Shown here: piece after piece, positions 8,471 through 18,697 of the stretch
How the letters are laid out: every line of letters begins with the position of its first letter
How positions within the stretch are numbered: the stretch's first letter is position 1
Origin: Polyangia bacterium
GTDB lineage: Bacteria > Myxococcota_A > Polyangia > JAAYKL01
Assembly: GCA_050287845.1 (NCBI GenBank)
Contig: JBNKCR010000098.1
Span: forward strand, 128,001-192,000
Direction: 5' to 3'
DNA length: 64,000 bases
The notes under the pieces: generated by a model
What the model was told of the DNA's origin: nothing
The model's database searches: none
What the model saw: the letters and a program-made list of their open reading frames with translations, nothing else
Translations under genes and position numbers: made by a program

Positions 8471-10534
8471 ATGACAACGGAACCAATTGAACAAAAAAGT
8501 GTGAATGCCATTCGAACTCTGTCGATGGACGCCGTTCAGGCAGCCAATTCCGGGCATCCGGGAACGCCCATGGCCATGGCGCCGGTGGCGTATACCCTGT
8601 GGCAGAATGTGATGAAATACGATGCCGCGGATCCCATCTGGCCCAATCGGGACAGGTTTGTGCTTTCAATCGGTCATGCATCCATGCTGCTTTACTCGAT
8701 GTTGCATCTGACGAAGGTAAAAACTGTCACGGAGGATTACGAGGTGACCGACGAGCCCGCCGTTTCTCTGGAGGCTATCCGTAACTTCAGACAATTGGAA
8801 AGCAAATGCCCCGGCCATCCGGAGTATCGATGGACTTCCGGCGTTGAAACCACCACCGGCCCGCTGGGGCAGGGGGTGGCGACCGCCGTTGGAATGGCTC
8901 TGTCGGGTAAATGGCTCGGCGCCACCTACAACCGACCGGGCTATACGCTGTTCGATTATAAAGTGTATGCGATTGCCGGAGATGGTTGTATGATGGAGGG
9001 CGTCAGTTCCGAAGCGGCGTCCATTGCCGGGCATCTGAAGCTGTCCAATCTCTGTGTGGTATATGACAATAACAGTATCACCATTGAGGGAAACACCAAT
9101 CTGGCGTTTACCGAAGACGTGGCCACCCGTTTTACGAGTTATGGATGGAATGTCACGCGGGTTGCAGACGCCAACGATTTGGCGGCGCTTCAACGTGCGT
9201 TTGATGCTTTCAAGGCCACCACGGACCGACCGACCCTGATAATCGTTGACAGTCATATTGCATGGGGTGCTCCCAACAAACAGGATACCCATGGTGCACA
9301 TGGCGCTCCGCTGGGAGAAGAAGAGATTCGACTGACCAAAAAGTTTTACGGATGGCCCGAAGATAAGTCGTTTTATGTACCGGATGAGGTGTACACTCAC
9401 TTTGAAGATGGGATGGGAAAAAGGGGTACAGCGAGCCGCGAGTCGTGGATGGCGCTGTTCGAAAAATATAAAACGCAGTTTCCCGAAGAAGCCACCCAGC
9501 TGACATTGATGCAGAAACGGGAGCTGCCAGCGGATTTTGACAGGTTTCTCACGCCGTTTGACGCGGACAGCAAAGGCATTCCCGGCCGGACCGCTTCGGG
9601 TAAAGTGTTGAATAACCTGGCCAAAGCAGTGCCCTGGGTGGTTGGCGGCTCTGCGGACCTCGCGCCGTCCACCATGACCAGATTGACCGATGATACCGAT
9701 TTTTCCGCCGATAATTATGGGGGAAGAAATTTGCATTTCGGTGTCCGCGAACATGCCATGGCGTCCATCATGAACGGTATGGCGCTGTGCAAGCTCAGGC
9801 CCTTCGGCTCCGGTTTCATGGTGTTCAGCGATTATGCGCGACCGGCGATTCGTCTGGCAGCGCTGATGGAAATTCCGGTAGTGCACGTGTTTACCCATGA
9901 CTCCATCAGTGTGGGCGAAGATGGCCCCACCCATCAGCCGGTGGAGCATATGATTTCGCTGAGAGCGATTCCCGGTCTGATAACCTTCAGACCAGCGGAT
10001 GCCAATGAGATTGTCGAGATGTGGCGATTCGTGGCGCAGCAGCGACGATCGCCGGTAGCCATGGCGTTGTCCAGACAGGCGTTGCCGACATTGGATAGAA
10101 ACAGATTCGCATCGGCAGCCGGGGTCGCAAAGGGCGCGTACGTGCTGTATGGCGAGGAAGCAGACGCGCCGGATGTGTGCTTTTTTTCGACTGGCAGCGA
10201 AGTCGCATTGTGCATTGACGCGGCAGCGGCGCTTGAAGCCGCAGGTCACCGTGTCCGCGTGGTTAGTGTGCCTTCCTGGGAACTGTTCCGCAGGCAACCG
10301 GAAAATTATCGCGACGTCGTGCTGACCACCAAAGCGCGCGTGCGGATAGTGGTGGAAGAGGGCGCCACAATGGGATGGAACGAACTGGTCAGAAATCCGG
10401 ATGCCATTGTTGGTGTGGATAGCTTCGGTGAGTCGGCTCCCATGAATACCCTGCATCAGAAATACGGGTTCACCAAAGAGAATCTGGTCAATACGGCGAC
10501 CGCCATTCTGCAGCAGAAAAACAGCGTGTACTGA
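8471..10534 (+). CDS. tkt: Transketolase
   Basis: ANSGHPG, NRDRFVLSIGH, GHPE, TTGPLGQG, GDGCMMEG, FGVREH, THDS..GEDGPTHQP. Confidence 0.98.
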   Translation: MTTEPIEQKSVNAIRTLSMDAVQAANSGHPGTPMAMAPVAYTLWQNVMKYDAADPIWPNRDRFVLSIGHASMLLYSMLHLTKVKTVTEDYEVTDEPAVSLEAIRNFRQLESKCPGHPEYRWTSGVETTTGPLGQGVATAVGMALSGKWLGATYNRPGYTLFDYKVYAIAGDGCMMEGVSSEAASIAGHLKLSNLCVVYDNNSITIEGNTNLAFTEDVATRFTSYGWNVTRVADANDLAALQRAFDAFKATTDRPTLIIVDSHIAWGAPNKQDTHGAHGAPLGEEEIRLTKKFYGWPEDKSFYVPDEVYTHFEDGMGKRGTASRESWMALFEKYKTQFPEEATQLTLMQKRELPADFDRFLTPFDADSKGIPGRTASGKVLNNLAKAVPWVVGGSADLAPSTMTRLTDDTDFSADNYGGRNLHFGVREHAMASIMNGMALCKLRPFGSGFMVFSDYARPAIRLAALMEIPVVHVFTHDSISVGEDGPTHQPVEHMISLRAIPGLITFRPADANEIVEMWRFVAQQRRSPVAMALSRQALPTLDRNRFASAAGVAKGAYVLYGEEADAPDVCFFSTGSEVALCIDAAAALEAAGHRVRVVSVPSWELFRRQPENYRDVVLTTKARVRIVVEEGATMGWNELVRNPDAIVGVDSFGESAPMNTLHQKYGFTKENLVNTATAILQQKNSVY

Positions 10535-10742
10535 TTGAATCAACCCGACTGGTGTCGCTTATTGGCGATCACTCCCTGTTGTGGCAACATTGATGGGGAG
10601 TGGAAGAAAAGATTGCGACCGGTTTCCATTGCTGCTATTCAACCTCTTCATAGAGTGGCGAATCGGTACCGTTGCGAGAAAAGCAGCCTGCGAAGCATTC
10701 GTCAATTTACTATTTTCAATCTGCTAATACTAGGGATAGTGA

Positions 10743-11804
10743 ATGTATAAAAAAAAGACGCCGGTGGATGCGTTAACCGCCAAGTTTGAAGCGCAGAAGA
10801 TTGCTTTTGCGCCCATGGTGTTTCAGGCTGCCAGGGCGCTGGTCGACCTCAGGGTGCTTGAAGTGATTGAATCCGGTGGCGACGATGGATTAAGCATTTC
10901 TGAAATCGCAGAGAAGACCGGGTTGTCCGAATATGCGGTGGAGGTGCTGACCGACAGCGGACTGAGTGCCCGGATTGTATATCTGACCAACAGTGATCGT
11001 CTGGGACTGACCAGTATCGGAACCTTTCTGCTCCACGATGAAATGACGCGTGTCAACATGAACTTTGTGCACGATGTCTGCTACCGGGGAATGTTTCATC
11101 TTCAGGAGGCGCTCACCCGGCAAACTCCTGCCGGACTCAAGGAGCTTGGAGAGTGGCCTACCGTATACGAAGCGCTGTCTTCATTGCCTCCAGCGGTAAA
11201 GAAAAGCTGGTTCGAGTTTGATCATTTTTATTCGGATATTGCGTTCAACACGTTGCTGCCACTGGTGTTTGAGCATCGACCTCTCACCCTGATGGATATT
11301 GGCACCAATACCGGAAAGTGGACGTTGAAATGTCTGGCGTATGATGCGGAAGTTCATGTGATTGCCGTAGATCTCCCTGGTCAGCTGCATGTGGCAAAAC
11401 AGAATGTTGACGCTGCAGGATTTTCAGATCGGGTGACCTGGCTGCCCACGGATATTCTGGGCGACAGCAGTCTGGGAAGTGGCGTGGATCTGATTTGGAT
11501 GAGTCAGTTTCTCTGCTGTTTCAGCGCGGAGGAGATTACGCGTATTTTCATCAAGGCGAGAGATGCGCTACACAAAGACGGGACTATCTGTGTGCTGGAA
11601 ACGTTCTGGGACAGGCAACGGTTTGAAGCCTCGGCATTCAGCCTGCACAGCACATCGCTGTATTTCACGGCCATGGCCAACGGGAACAGCAAAATGTACC
11701 GCTCAGTCGCACTGCTCGAATGTGCCCGGAAAGCGGGCCTTGACTGTGTATGGCAGCGGGATGACATTGGCATCTCTCATACGCTGTTGAAATTCAAAAA
11801 ATAA
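10743..11804 (+). CDS. SAM-dependent O-methyltransferase (class I, N-terminal dimerisation/HTH region)
   Basis: DIGTNTG SAM motif I, VDLP, DLIWMSQFLCCF; N-terminal helical domain typical of Methyltransf_2 enzymes. Confidence 0.88.
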   Translation: MYKKKTPVDALTAKFEAQKIAFAPMVFQAARALVDLRVLEVIESGGDDGLSISEIAEKTGLSEYAVEVLTDSGLSARIVYLTNSDRLGLTSIGTFLLHDEMTRVNMNFVHDVCYRGMFHLQEALTRQTPAGLKELGEWPTVYEALSSLPPAVKKSWFEFDHFYSDIAFNTLLPLVFEHRPLTLMDIGTNTGKWTLKCLAYDAEVHVIAVDLPGQLHVAKQNVDAAGFSDRVTWLPTDILGDSSLGSGVDLIWMSQFLCCFSAEEITRIFIKARDALHKDGTICVLETFWDRQRFEASAFSLHSTSLYFTAMANGNSKMYRSVALLECARKAGLDCVWQRDDIGISHTLLKFKK

Positions 11805-11905
11805 TTGCGTCTGATTATTTTCGGCTGTTTGTGGAAGCTGTACGCCGTGCCGATTTTTAAGGCAATGCCAAACGACATGTGAGCCCATCGCCCGGTTGTA
11901 TCTGA

Positions 11906-12913
11906 TCAGTCGCCCCTGAGATGTGCTGCACCGGCAAGTCGATATTCGAAAATGCGGCTTTCGGTAATAAAGGGCGTCAGTGAATCCAGTCCCAGGTTGT
12001 GGACGGCAAGATCAATCAGCGCATCGTTATCGAGGGAGCCATCCCTGTCGCCGGCATACCATCGACCGGCCGCCAGGATTGCATCCAGCGGAATCAGTCC
12101 TACGAGCTCTGAACCGTTCACATCTGTTCCTGAAGCGTTGGCCAGCTCTCTGATGCGTTCGTACACATTGTGCAGACCGGTGTGACGATAATCGGTGAGG
12201 TTCATGGTCACCTGCGCGCAATCATACGACGGCATTCGCCAGCCATCCGCTTTCAGAAAATTGAATTCTCCGTTGATGCCTCGGAAACCACTGGTTCTGA
12301 TTTTTCTGGCAATCTTCTTCGCTATATGAATGTTTTTTGTTTTTAAATTGACGTTCCATGCTACGAGAAATGGTCGCACCCCCACCTGAACGCTCCCGGC
12401 TCGCGCGATGGTTTCACTCCATTTCATTGGACCAAAATCGGGTTGCCATTCGGGCTGTCGAATACGGCGTTGGAGGGTTTCATACTGACCCTTCCTCAGT
12501 TGCGCGAGTTCCCGCCGGTTGATAGCGACGGCTGCGTCGCCGTACAGATACACGGGGACGCCGGTATCTCCGATTCGCTTTCCAAGTGCACGTGCTGCAG
12601 CGATACATTCGGATATTGATATGTCTGAAACGGGAATAATGGGGCATACATCCAGGGCGCCATTGCGCACATGTTCGCCATGCTGATGGGTCATATCGAT
12701 TTCGGCAATGGCGATGCGGAAGAGGGCAAACGCGGCATCCGTTACATCAGACAGCTTTCCGGCGAATGTGAAAACCGTTCGATTGGCGTCGGGATTGCTA
12801 TCCACATGCAACAGGGAAACGCCGGGGCATGCACTGATGGTATCCGCCATCCTGCTTATTTTATTTCGGTTTTTTCCTTCGCTCACGTTTGGTACACATT
12901 CAGCAATTTCCAC
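11906..12913 (-). CDS. ftcD: Glutamate formiminotransferase
   Basis: ECVPNVSEG, NRTVFT, IDMTHQHGEH..GALDVCP, VPVYLY, RKGQYE, SELVGLIP. GTG start at 12913 has a GAGG RBS; alternative start 12937. Confidence 0.92.
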   Translation of the reverse strand: MEIAECVPNVSEGKNRNKISRMADTISACPGVSLLHVDSNPDANRTVFTFAGKLSDVTDAAFALFRIAIAEIDMTHQHGEHVRNGALDVCPIIPVSDISISECIAAARALGKRIGDTGVPVYLYGDAAVAINRRELAQLRKGQYETLQRRIRQPEWQPDFGPMKWSETIARAGSVQVGVRPFLVAWNVNLKTKNIHIAKKIARKIRTSGFRGINGEFNFLKADGWRMPSYDCAQVTMNLTDYRHTGLHNVYERIRELANASGTDVNGSELVGLIPLDAILAAGRWYAGDRDGSLDNDALIDLAVHNLGLDSLTPFITESRIFEYRLAGAAHLRGD

Positions 12914-13106
12914 TTGAAACACCTCTATGGTTGCCACACTTTAAAAACACGGAAAAATCAATTATGTCAGTTAATTATCGATTATAAATCGATTTTCATA
13001 ATAATGAAATTCCGGGTTGAACCCACATTTTTGTTCATGATAAGGTTCCAACTTGTTTAATGAGTAATTCTAAGTAGGGAATCGTTTCCCGCATAAGAGG
13101 TTTCGT

Positions 13107-16100
13107 ATGTCCGAATTGGAAAAGTATCAACAGATTTTCGAACGCGATCCCACCGATTTACAGGCATTCAACAACGTCTGTGAAGCTGCGGAAAAAGCAA
13201 AAGACTATGAATATCTGACCGAACTCTTGAAATATCGTACTCAGATTACGGGAGATCAGGCAGAGATCGTAGATCTTCTTTTTCGCGCCGGGGTGGTCTA
13301 CCTCGAAAAGATGGATGATGTGCCACGGGGGGTTGAGGTGCTGCTGCAGGCTTTCGACATCGATCAGGCCCATGCGGGAATTGGCGCGAGACTGGAAAAT
13401 GCATACATCGAGGCAGGAGACTTCGAAGCCGCGCTGGCGATTATCGAAGGTCGTCTCAATGCCATTGGCAGTTCGGACATCGCCGGAACCCAGTTGTCCA
13501 TCCGATCCGATATTCATTTTCAGGCAGGTGAATTGCTTCAGGATAGGGTCGGCGATAAGGAACGGGCATTGAACCATTATCGCAAGGCGATCGAGTTGGA
13601 CAAGACCAATGCCGGAGCGCTCGGTCGGGCGCGGGAAATATATCTGGAGCTCAGCAAATTTAAAAATGCCGCCAAACTGTGTGAGCTGGAAGCCCGTGGA
13701 GAGTCGGATATTGATCGAAAAGTTCAGCTTTACCGGGAACTTGCGTACATCCTGAGTCATCGGATGAATGATATGAGCCAGGCGATAACCGCATTGAAAC
13801 GTGCACTTAAAGCCGATCAGAATAACGATGATGTCAAACTGGAACTGGCAGAAACCATTGCCAATTCGCCCTGGGATCCGGCCAATTCTAAAGATCGCAA
13901 ATGGGCATCCGACTATCTGACCCGACGTGCCAGGCAGACTGAAGGCGAAGCTGGTCTGCAGATGGGATGTCTTGGCATCCGTGCGTATCCCACAAACGAG
14001 AAGGCGTTGGCCGTGTCCGGCGCCCGTGCCAGGGAAATTGGTGACTTTCAGACGCTGATTGTAGAGTGCCAGACCGCTTGTGAAACCCTCTCAAGTATCG
14101 AAGAGCAGGCGCCGGTTATCCGTCGTATTGTCAAAAGTTTTCTGCGAACGGGGGCAATGGGGGATGCACTGAAGTGGGCTGAAAAATTGGAACCGGTGGC
14201 AGATGAAAAAGACATTGCCCTGATTCGCAAGCTGCGGGAATCCTCCGCGCCTGAATCCGCTTCAACGTTGGATTCCGAATTCTCCGCCGGTATGGTATCC
14301 GTAGTGCCCCGCGGGCATTCTGAATCGCCAGATACCGCATTTTCAAATGAACCGTCTGCGCCGGTTCCGACGCCAATCAGTGAAGCGCCGGTGCTGGATG
14401 CGCTGACCGTTCCTCTGGAGCCGCCGGATGACATGCCGCTGGATGAATGGATTGGCGCATTGCACCAGGAAGCGAACAACGCCAGACGCATGGGCGATGA
14501 CGATATGGTGCAACAGATTATGCGCGCGATCGTGACGCACCACCCCGGGGATCAGAAAGCAATCACTTTCCTTGAACGCCGCTTCAGGAGCACTGAAAAT
14601 TGGGGAGAGCTCAGGGACTTGCTGTTGCAATGTGTTCAGTCCGATGAATTTCCGCCCGCTGTGAAAACGGTTAAATTGCGCCAGGCAGCCAAGCTTGCGG
14701 AGGAGAATCTCAATGACATCGATGGCGCGATAGAAATCTGGTATCAGATTAAAGCACACGACCCCAAAGTGCGGGACGCAAGGGATGCCCTTGAACGGTT
14801 ATTGGCGCACACAGAACGATGGGAAGAACTGGTTACTCTTTATCGGGAGGAGATAGAGAGCACCAGCAGTCGTTCCAAGAAAGTCGCCGCCTGGCAGCGA
14901 TTGGCGGAAATTTTTTACATTCGTTTGAATGATGCCACGTTGGCTGCGGACGCCTATCAGCAGATTATTGAGCTGGCGCCAGACGATCTTCAAGCGGTGA
15001 ACGCGCTGGACGAACTCTATCTTCGAGAGCAGATGTATGACCAGCTTGTGCCATTTCTCGATCACCGCGCAGATGCCGCAAAAGATAAAATGGAGAAGAA
15101 GCATCTGACTCTCCGCGCAGCGTCGCTCCTGCAGGAACGGTTGGGATTGTTCGAAGACGCATATCAGAAAGCCAGGGATATCCTGGAGTTCTTCCCGGGT
15201 GATCTTGATGCAATTGAGCTAATGGAAGCGGTGGACGAGACGGGCGAGAATTGGGAACGACTTATTGATACGTTGAATCTGAAGGCGAGGGTTACACGGG
15301 AGAAAAGTGAAAAGGTTGCAGCTTATAAAAAAGTCGCAATCATTGCGTCTGTGCGGATGGAAGATGCGGCACTGGCGCTGAAAGCGTGGAACAAGGTGCT
15401 GGATGTTGATCCATGTGACGACGAAGCGATGGAAACCGCAGTCGGCATTTATGAGTCGACGGATGAATGGGGGGAACTCGCCCGAATTCTGAAACTTAGA
15501 ATTGTGGCTTCCGAAGATAACGCCGATAAAGTGAGATCTTACCGGAAGCTCGCGACGATTCTTGAGTTTGAATTGGGTAAGCAGGACGAAGCGGTTCATT
15601 ATTGGAAAAATCTCCTGGAAATAGAGGAAGACGCCGAAGCGCTGGGCGCGCTTTCCCGGTGGCATGAATCCAACAAAGATTGGGGCGCTTTGTCCGATAT
15701 TTTACCGCGACTGGTGCCGTTGCTCGATGATCCGGAAGCGAAATCCGACGCCATGTATCGGCGTGCCAATCTGTTCTATCGGCAGATGGGATTAAAAGAG
15801 AAGGCCATAGAGGAACTGGTACTGGTCAGTTCAGAAATTAATCCCGCACACTTGCCGACCCTGGAATTATTGAGAGACATTTACGCTCAGGATAGCAATT
15901 ACGACGCAGCAGCCACCGTGCTGGAGCAGCAAATCGCCAATACCAGCGATGCGGAGGCATTGCGGCAATTGTATATTCAATTGGGAGAGTGGTCCCGGAA
16001 CGAACTGGCCGACATCCGACGGGCGATGGTTGCATATGAAAAAGCAGCCTCAATGGACGTCCGTGACGACGCGGTACTCGATAAGCTGGATGAAATATTT

Positions 16101-18557
16101 GTTGAGACCGAGGAATGGGACAAGCTGCTGAAAATGATTTATGGGCGCTATCAACGCAGCGAGGATGACGACGCCAGATTCGGTTATCTGGTACGCGGCG
16201 GCCAATTATGCGAAGAGAAGCTGGTGGATACCAAGCAGGCATGGGGATGGTATCGACAGATTTTTGACAACATGCGCACGCATCCTGATGCCCTCGAAGT
16301 CATTGAAGAGGCCGGACATCGAATGTCTCTGTGGAAGGAACTGATCGACGTTTATGGCAAGTTGACCAAAGAAGGCACGGACGATGAAAAGCTTTCCTGG
16401 TGGATGAAGATTTCGCAGCTGTTCGAAGAAAAATTGGATGAGCCGGCGTCGGCGCTCGAAGCCGTGTTGCGGGCATTTGGGCTGGATCCCGACAACGAGG
16501 AGATGCTCGACAGTGTTGATCGGCTTGCGGTGCGCGCACAGGCGTGGGATCGCCTGGCCACGGTGTATACGGTGCTCGCGAAGCGGGAAGATGATGCAGA
16601 AGGTAAAATCGAGAAGCTGCTGCGACACGCCGACGTTCTGTACAAAAATGCGCAGGAGCCCGGCATGGCATTTGACGTTGCGCTCAAAGCCTTTGAGCTG
16701 GATCCGTCGAGTGAAGACATGTTGCAGTTTGTTGAAGAGGTGGGTAGAGCGTCATTGCGCTTCAACGACATGGTAACGGTTTATAAAGTTTGTGCGGATA
16801 GAGAAGCGGATAAGGCGCGGAAGATAGAACTGCTGATGAAATCCGCAAGCATGTTCCTTGAGAATATGGACGACGGTGACGGGGCGTTGAAACGCGCAGC
16901 CGATGCGTTGGTGGTGGCTCCGTTTGATGAAGAAAATGTCAAGCGGGTGTGGGATTTCATCCGCAATATGGAAAATGGGCTAATGGAGGCGGAGAAGGGT
17001 ATCTATTGGAACCGACTGATAACCATGTATCGCCAGATCGCTGATGTCTTTCACCGGGATACCAACAGACAAGTGCAGCTTACCCTCACCATATCCAGAG
17101 TGTATGCGGAAGAGCTGCATCAGACAAGTCAGGCATTTGCGGTGCTGAAAGAAGCACAACAATTGGCTCCCGCGGATCAGAACACCATTGATCAACTGGA
17201 GGAGATGGCTGGCGAACTGGATCTGTGGGAAGATCTGGTGGAGCATTATCGCAATATACTGGACGAGACATTCGAAATGAGTACGGCGGTGATGTATCAT
17301 CGCAGACGCGCACGGATTCTCGTGGAGCGGCTTGACCAGAAAGATGAAGCTGCTGAGCACTACTGGCAAATTATTCAACTGGATTCTCAGGATGACCGTG
17401 CATATGAATCATTGCTCAGTTATTATGAAAATGCAGGAAAATGGAATGATCTGGTGAATCTGCTGGAGCGTCAGTTGAATGCCGCATCCGATGATGAAAA
17501 GCGCCAGCAGCTGCTCTTGCAGATAGCTGAGATATGGGAAAATAAAATTGGCAATCGGTATGAGGCCAAGGACTGGTACGGTCAGGTAGTCACGTTGTGG
17601 CCAGATAACGAGGAGGCAAGGCAAGCGCTGGATAGACTCGCGTCGGCAGACAAAGTCGGCAGCTACGATGATGAGGATGATGACTCTGACATCAAGCAAC
17701 TGGTGTCCCTTGCACCACCTCCATCAGACAAAGTCGTTCCAGAAGTAGATGCCAGCGCTGAGAATCCAGAGGAATCGGGAGAACCAGAGGACGAGCCCGG
17801 AGAAGAATCTTTACTGGACAATCCTGAGGGAGAAGAGTCCGACGAAGAGGTTGCGAACGAAGAAGAGTCTGAAGAAGAAGATGTGGAGGACACGCCAACG
17901 GAAGGTTCAGAGGAGGATCCTGACCACGAGTCTGACGAGGAAGATTCTGATGAAGATGAAGAGGAGGATCCTGATGACGAGTCTGACGAGGAAGATTCTG
18001 ATGAAGATGAAGTAGAGCTGGAGGACGCGCCAGAAGAAGAACCTGAAGAAGATTCTGAAGACGAAGAGCTGGAGAACGAGCCAGAGGAAGCTGCAGAAGA
18101 AGAGCCTGAAGAAGCTGCTGAAGAAGATTCTGAAGACGAAGAGCTGGAGAACGACGCAGAGGAAGCGTCTGAAGAAGCTGCTGAAGAAGAGCCTGAAGAA
18201 GATTCTGAAGACGAAATTCTGAAGGACACGCCAGAGGAAGCGTCTGAAAACGAACCTGAAGACGAACTTGAGGAGTCAGATGACGAAGTCGACGAGGACG
18301 ACGAACCGAAGGCGGATGCCAATGGTGGCGAAGAAGTTGCCAGCAGTATGGATCTGTCAGTTCCGCCCGGGCCGCCTCGTCCGTCAGTCGCACCTACAGG
18401 GGTTAGCTCCAGCGCACCGGGGGTTATGCCACCACCTCCGCCACCACCAGCAAAGCCTTTCAGCGGTAGTATCGCAGCGCCGCAACCGGGTATACCGACT
18501 CCACAACGGGCAGTTGCAGCACCGCCGCCGCCGCCACCGCCCATTCCAAAGAAATAG
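13107..18557 (+). CDS. Giant TPR/alpha-solenoid protein with an acidic repeat region and Pro-rich tail
   Basis: About 1500 aa of recurring 'ALD.L.....W..L...L' TPR-like units typical of myxobacterial giant TPR proteins, then an E/D-rich tract and poly-Pro. Confidence 0.85.
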   Translation: MSELEKYQQIFERDPTDLQAFNNVCEAAEKAKDYEYLTELLKYRTQITGDQAEIVDLLFRAGVVYLEKMDDVPRGVEVLLQAFDIDQAHAGIGARLENAYIEAGDFEAALAIIEGRLNAIGSSDIAGTQLSIRSDIHFQAGELLQDRVGDKERALNHYRKAIELDKTNAGALGRAREIYLELSKFKNAAKLCELEARGESDIDRKVQLYRELAYILSHRMNDMSQAITALKRALKADQNNDDVKLELAETIANSPWDPANSKDRKWASDYLTRRARQTEGEAGLQMGCLGIRAYPTNEKALAVSGARAREIGDFQTLIVECQTACETLSSIEEQAPVIRRIVKSFLRTGAMGDALKWAEKLEPVADEKDIALIRKLRESSAPESASTLDSEFSAGMVSVVPRGHSESPDTAFSNEPSAPVPTPISEAPVLDALTVPLEPPDDMPLDEWIGALHQEANNARRMGDDDMVQQIMRAIVTHHPGDQKAITFLERRFRSTENWGELRDLLLQCVQSDEFPPAVKTVKLRQAAKLAEENLNDIDGAIEIWYQIKAHDPKVRDARDALERLLAHTERWEELVTLYREEIESTSSRSKKVAAWQRLAEIFYIRLNDATLAADAYQQIIELAPDDLQAVNALDELYLREQMYDQLVPFLDHRADAAKDKMEKKHLTLRAASLLQERLGLFEDAYQKARDILEFFPGDLDAIELMEAVDETGENWERLIDTLNLKARVTREKSEKVAAYKKVAIIASVRMEDAALALKAWNKVLDVDPCDDEAMETAVGIYESTDEWGELARILKLRIVASEDNADKVRSYRKLATILEFELGKQDEAVHYWKNLLEIEEDAEALGALSRWHESNKDWGALSDILPRLVPLLDDPEAKSDAMYRRANLFYRQMGLKEKAIEELVLVSSEINPAHLPTLELLRDIYAQDSNYDAAATVLEQQIANTSDAEALRQLYIQLGEWSRNELADIRRAMVAYEKAASMDVRDDAVLDKLDEIFVETEEWDKLLKMIYGRYQRSEDDDARFGYLVRGGQLCEEKLVDTKQAWGWYRQIFDNMRTHPDALEVIEEAGHRMSLWKELIDVYGKLTKEGTDDEKLSWWMKISQLFEEKLDEPASALEAVLRAFGLDPDNEEMLDSVDRLAVRAQAWDRLATVYTVLAKREDDAEGKIEKLLRHADVLYKNAQEPGMAFDVALKAFELDPSSEDMLQFVEEVGRASLRFNDMVTVYKVCADREADKARKIELLMKSASMFLENMDDGDGALKRAADALVVAPFDEENVKRVWDFIRNMENGLMEAEKGIYWNRLITMYRQIADVFHRDTNRQVQLTLTISRVYAEELHQTSQAFAVLKEAQQLAPADQNTIDQLEEMAGELDLWEDLVEHYRNILDETFEMSTAVMYHRRRARILVERLDQKDEAAEHYWQIIQLDSQDDRAYESLLSYYENAGKWNDLVNLLERQLNAASDDEKRQQLLLQIAEIWENKIGNRYEAKDWYGQVVTLWPDNEEARQALDRLASADKVGSYDDEDDDSDIKQLVSLAPPPSDKVVPEVDASAENPEESGEPEDEPGEESLLDNPEGEESDEEVANEEESEEEDVEDTPTEGSEEDPDHESDEEDSDEDEEEDPDDESDEEDSDEDEVELEDAPEEEPEEDSEDEELENEPEEAAEEEPEEAAEEDSEDEELENDAEEASEEAAEEEPEEDSEDEILKDTPEEASENEPEDELEESDDEVDEDDEPKADANGGEEVASSMDLSVPPGPPRPSVAPTGVSSSAPGVMPPPPPPPAKPFSGSIAAPQPGIPTPQRAVAAPPPPPPPIPKK
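17910..18260 (+). repeat. Intragenic tandem repeats: 2 x 51 nt, then about 3 x 75 nt
   Basis: EEDPD(H/D)ESDEEDSDEDE duplicated at 17910-17960 and 17961-18011; GATTCTGAAGACGAA recurs at 18051, 18126 and 18201. Confidence 0.9.
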
Positions 18558-18697
18558 ACCTCACCGAATCCGTGCGCAGTTCAGAACGGCAGAACCAAAA
18601 TTCATTTTATTGACATTAGAGCGCTTATGATTTCCGCTGGCAGCCACGGATATCGCAGAGAAGTGCTTGGGTCAAATTATAGAAATAGCAACGATTT

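Noticed and set aside
8666..10543. 625-aa antisense ORF
   Set aside because: Shadow of tkt on the opposite strand with no recognisable motifs; explained by codon bias.
17663..18544. Ser-rich 293-aa and Leu/Gln-rich 233-aa minus-strand ORFs
   Set aside because: Reverse reading of the acidic repeat tract of the TPR gene.
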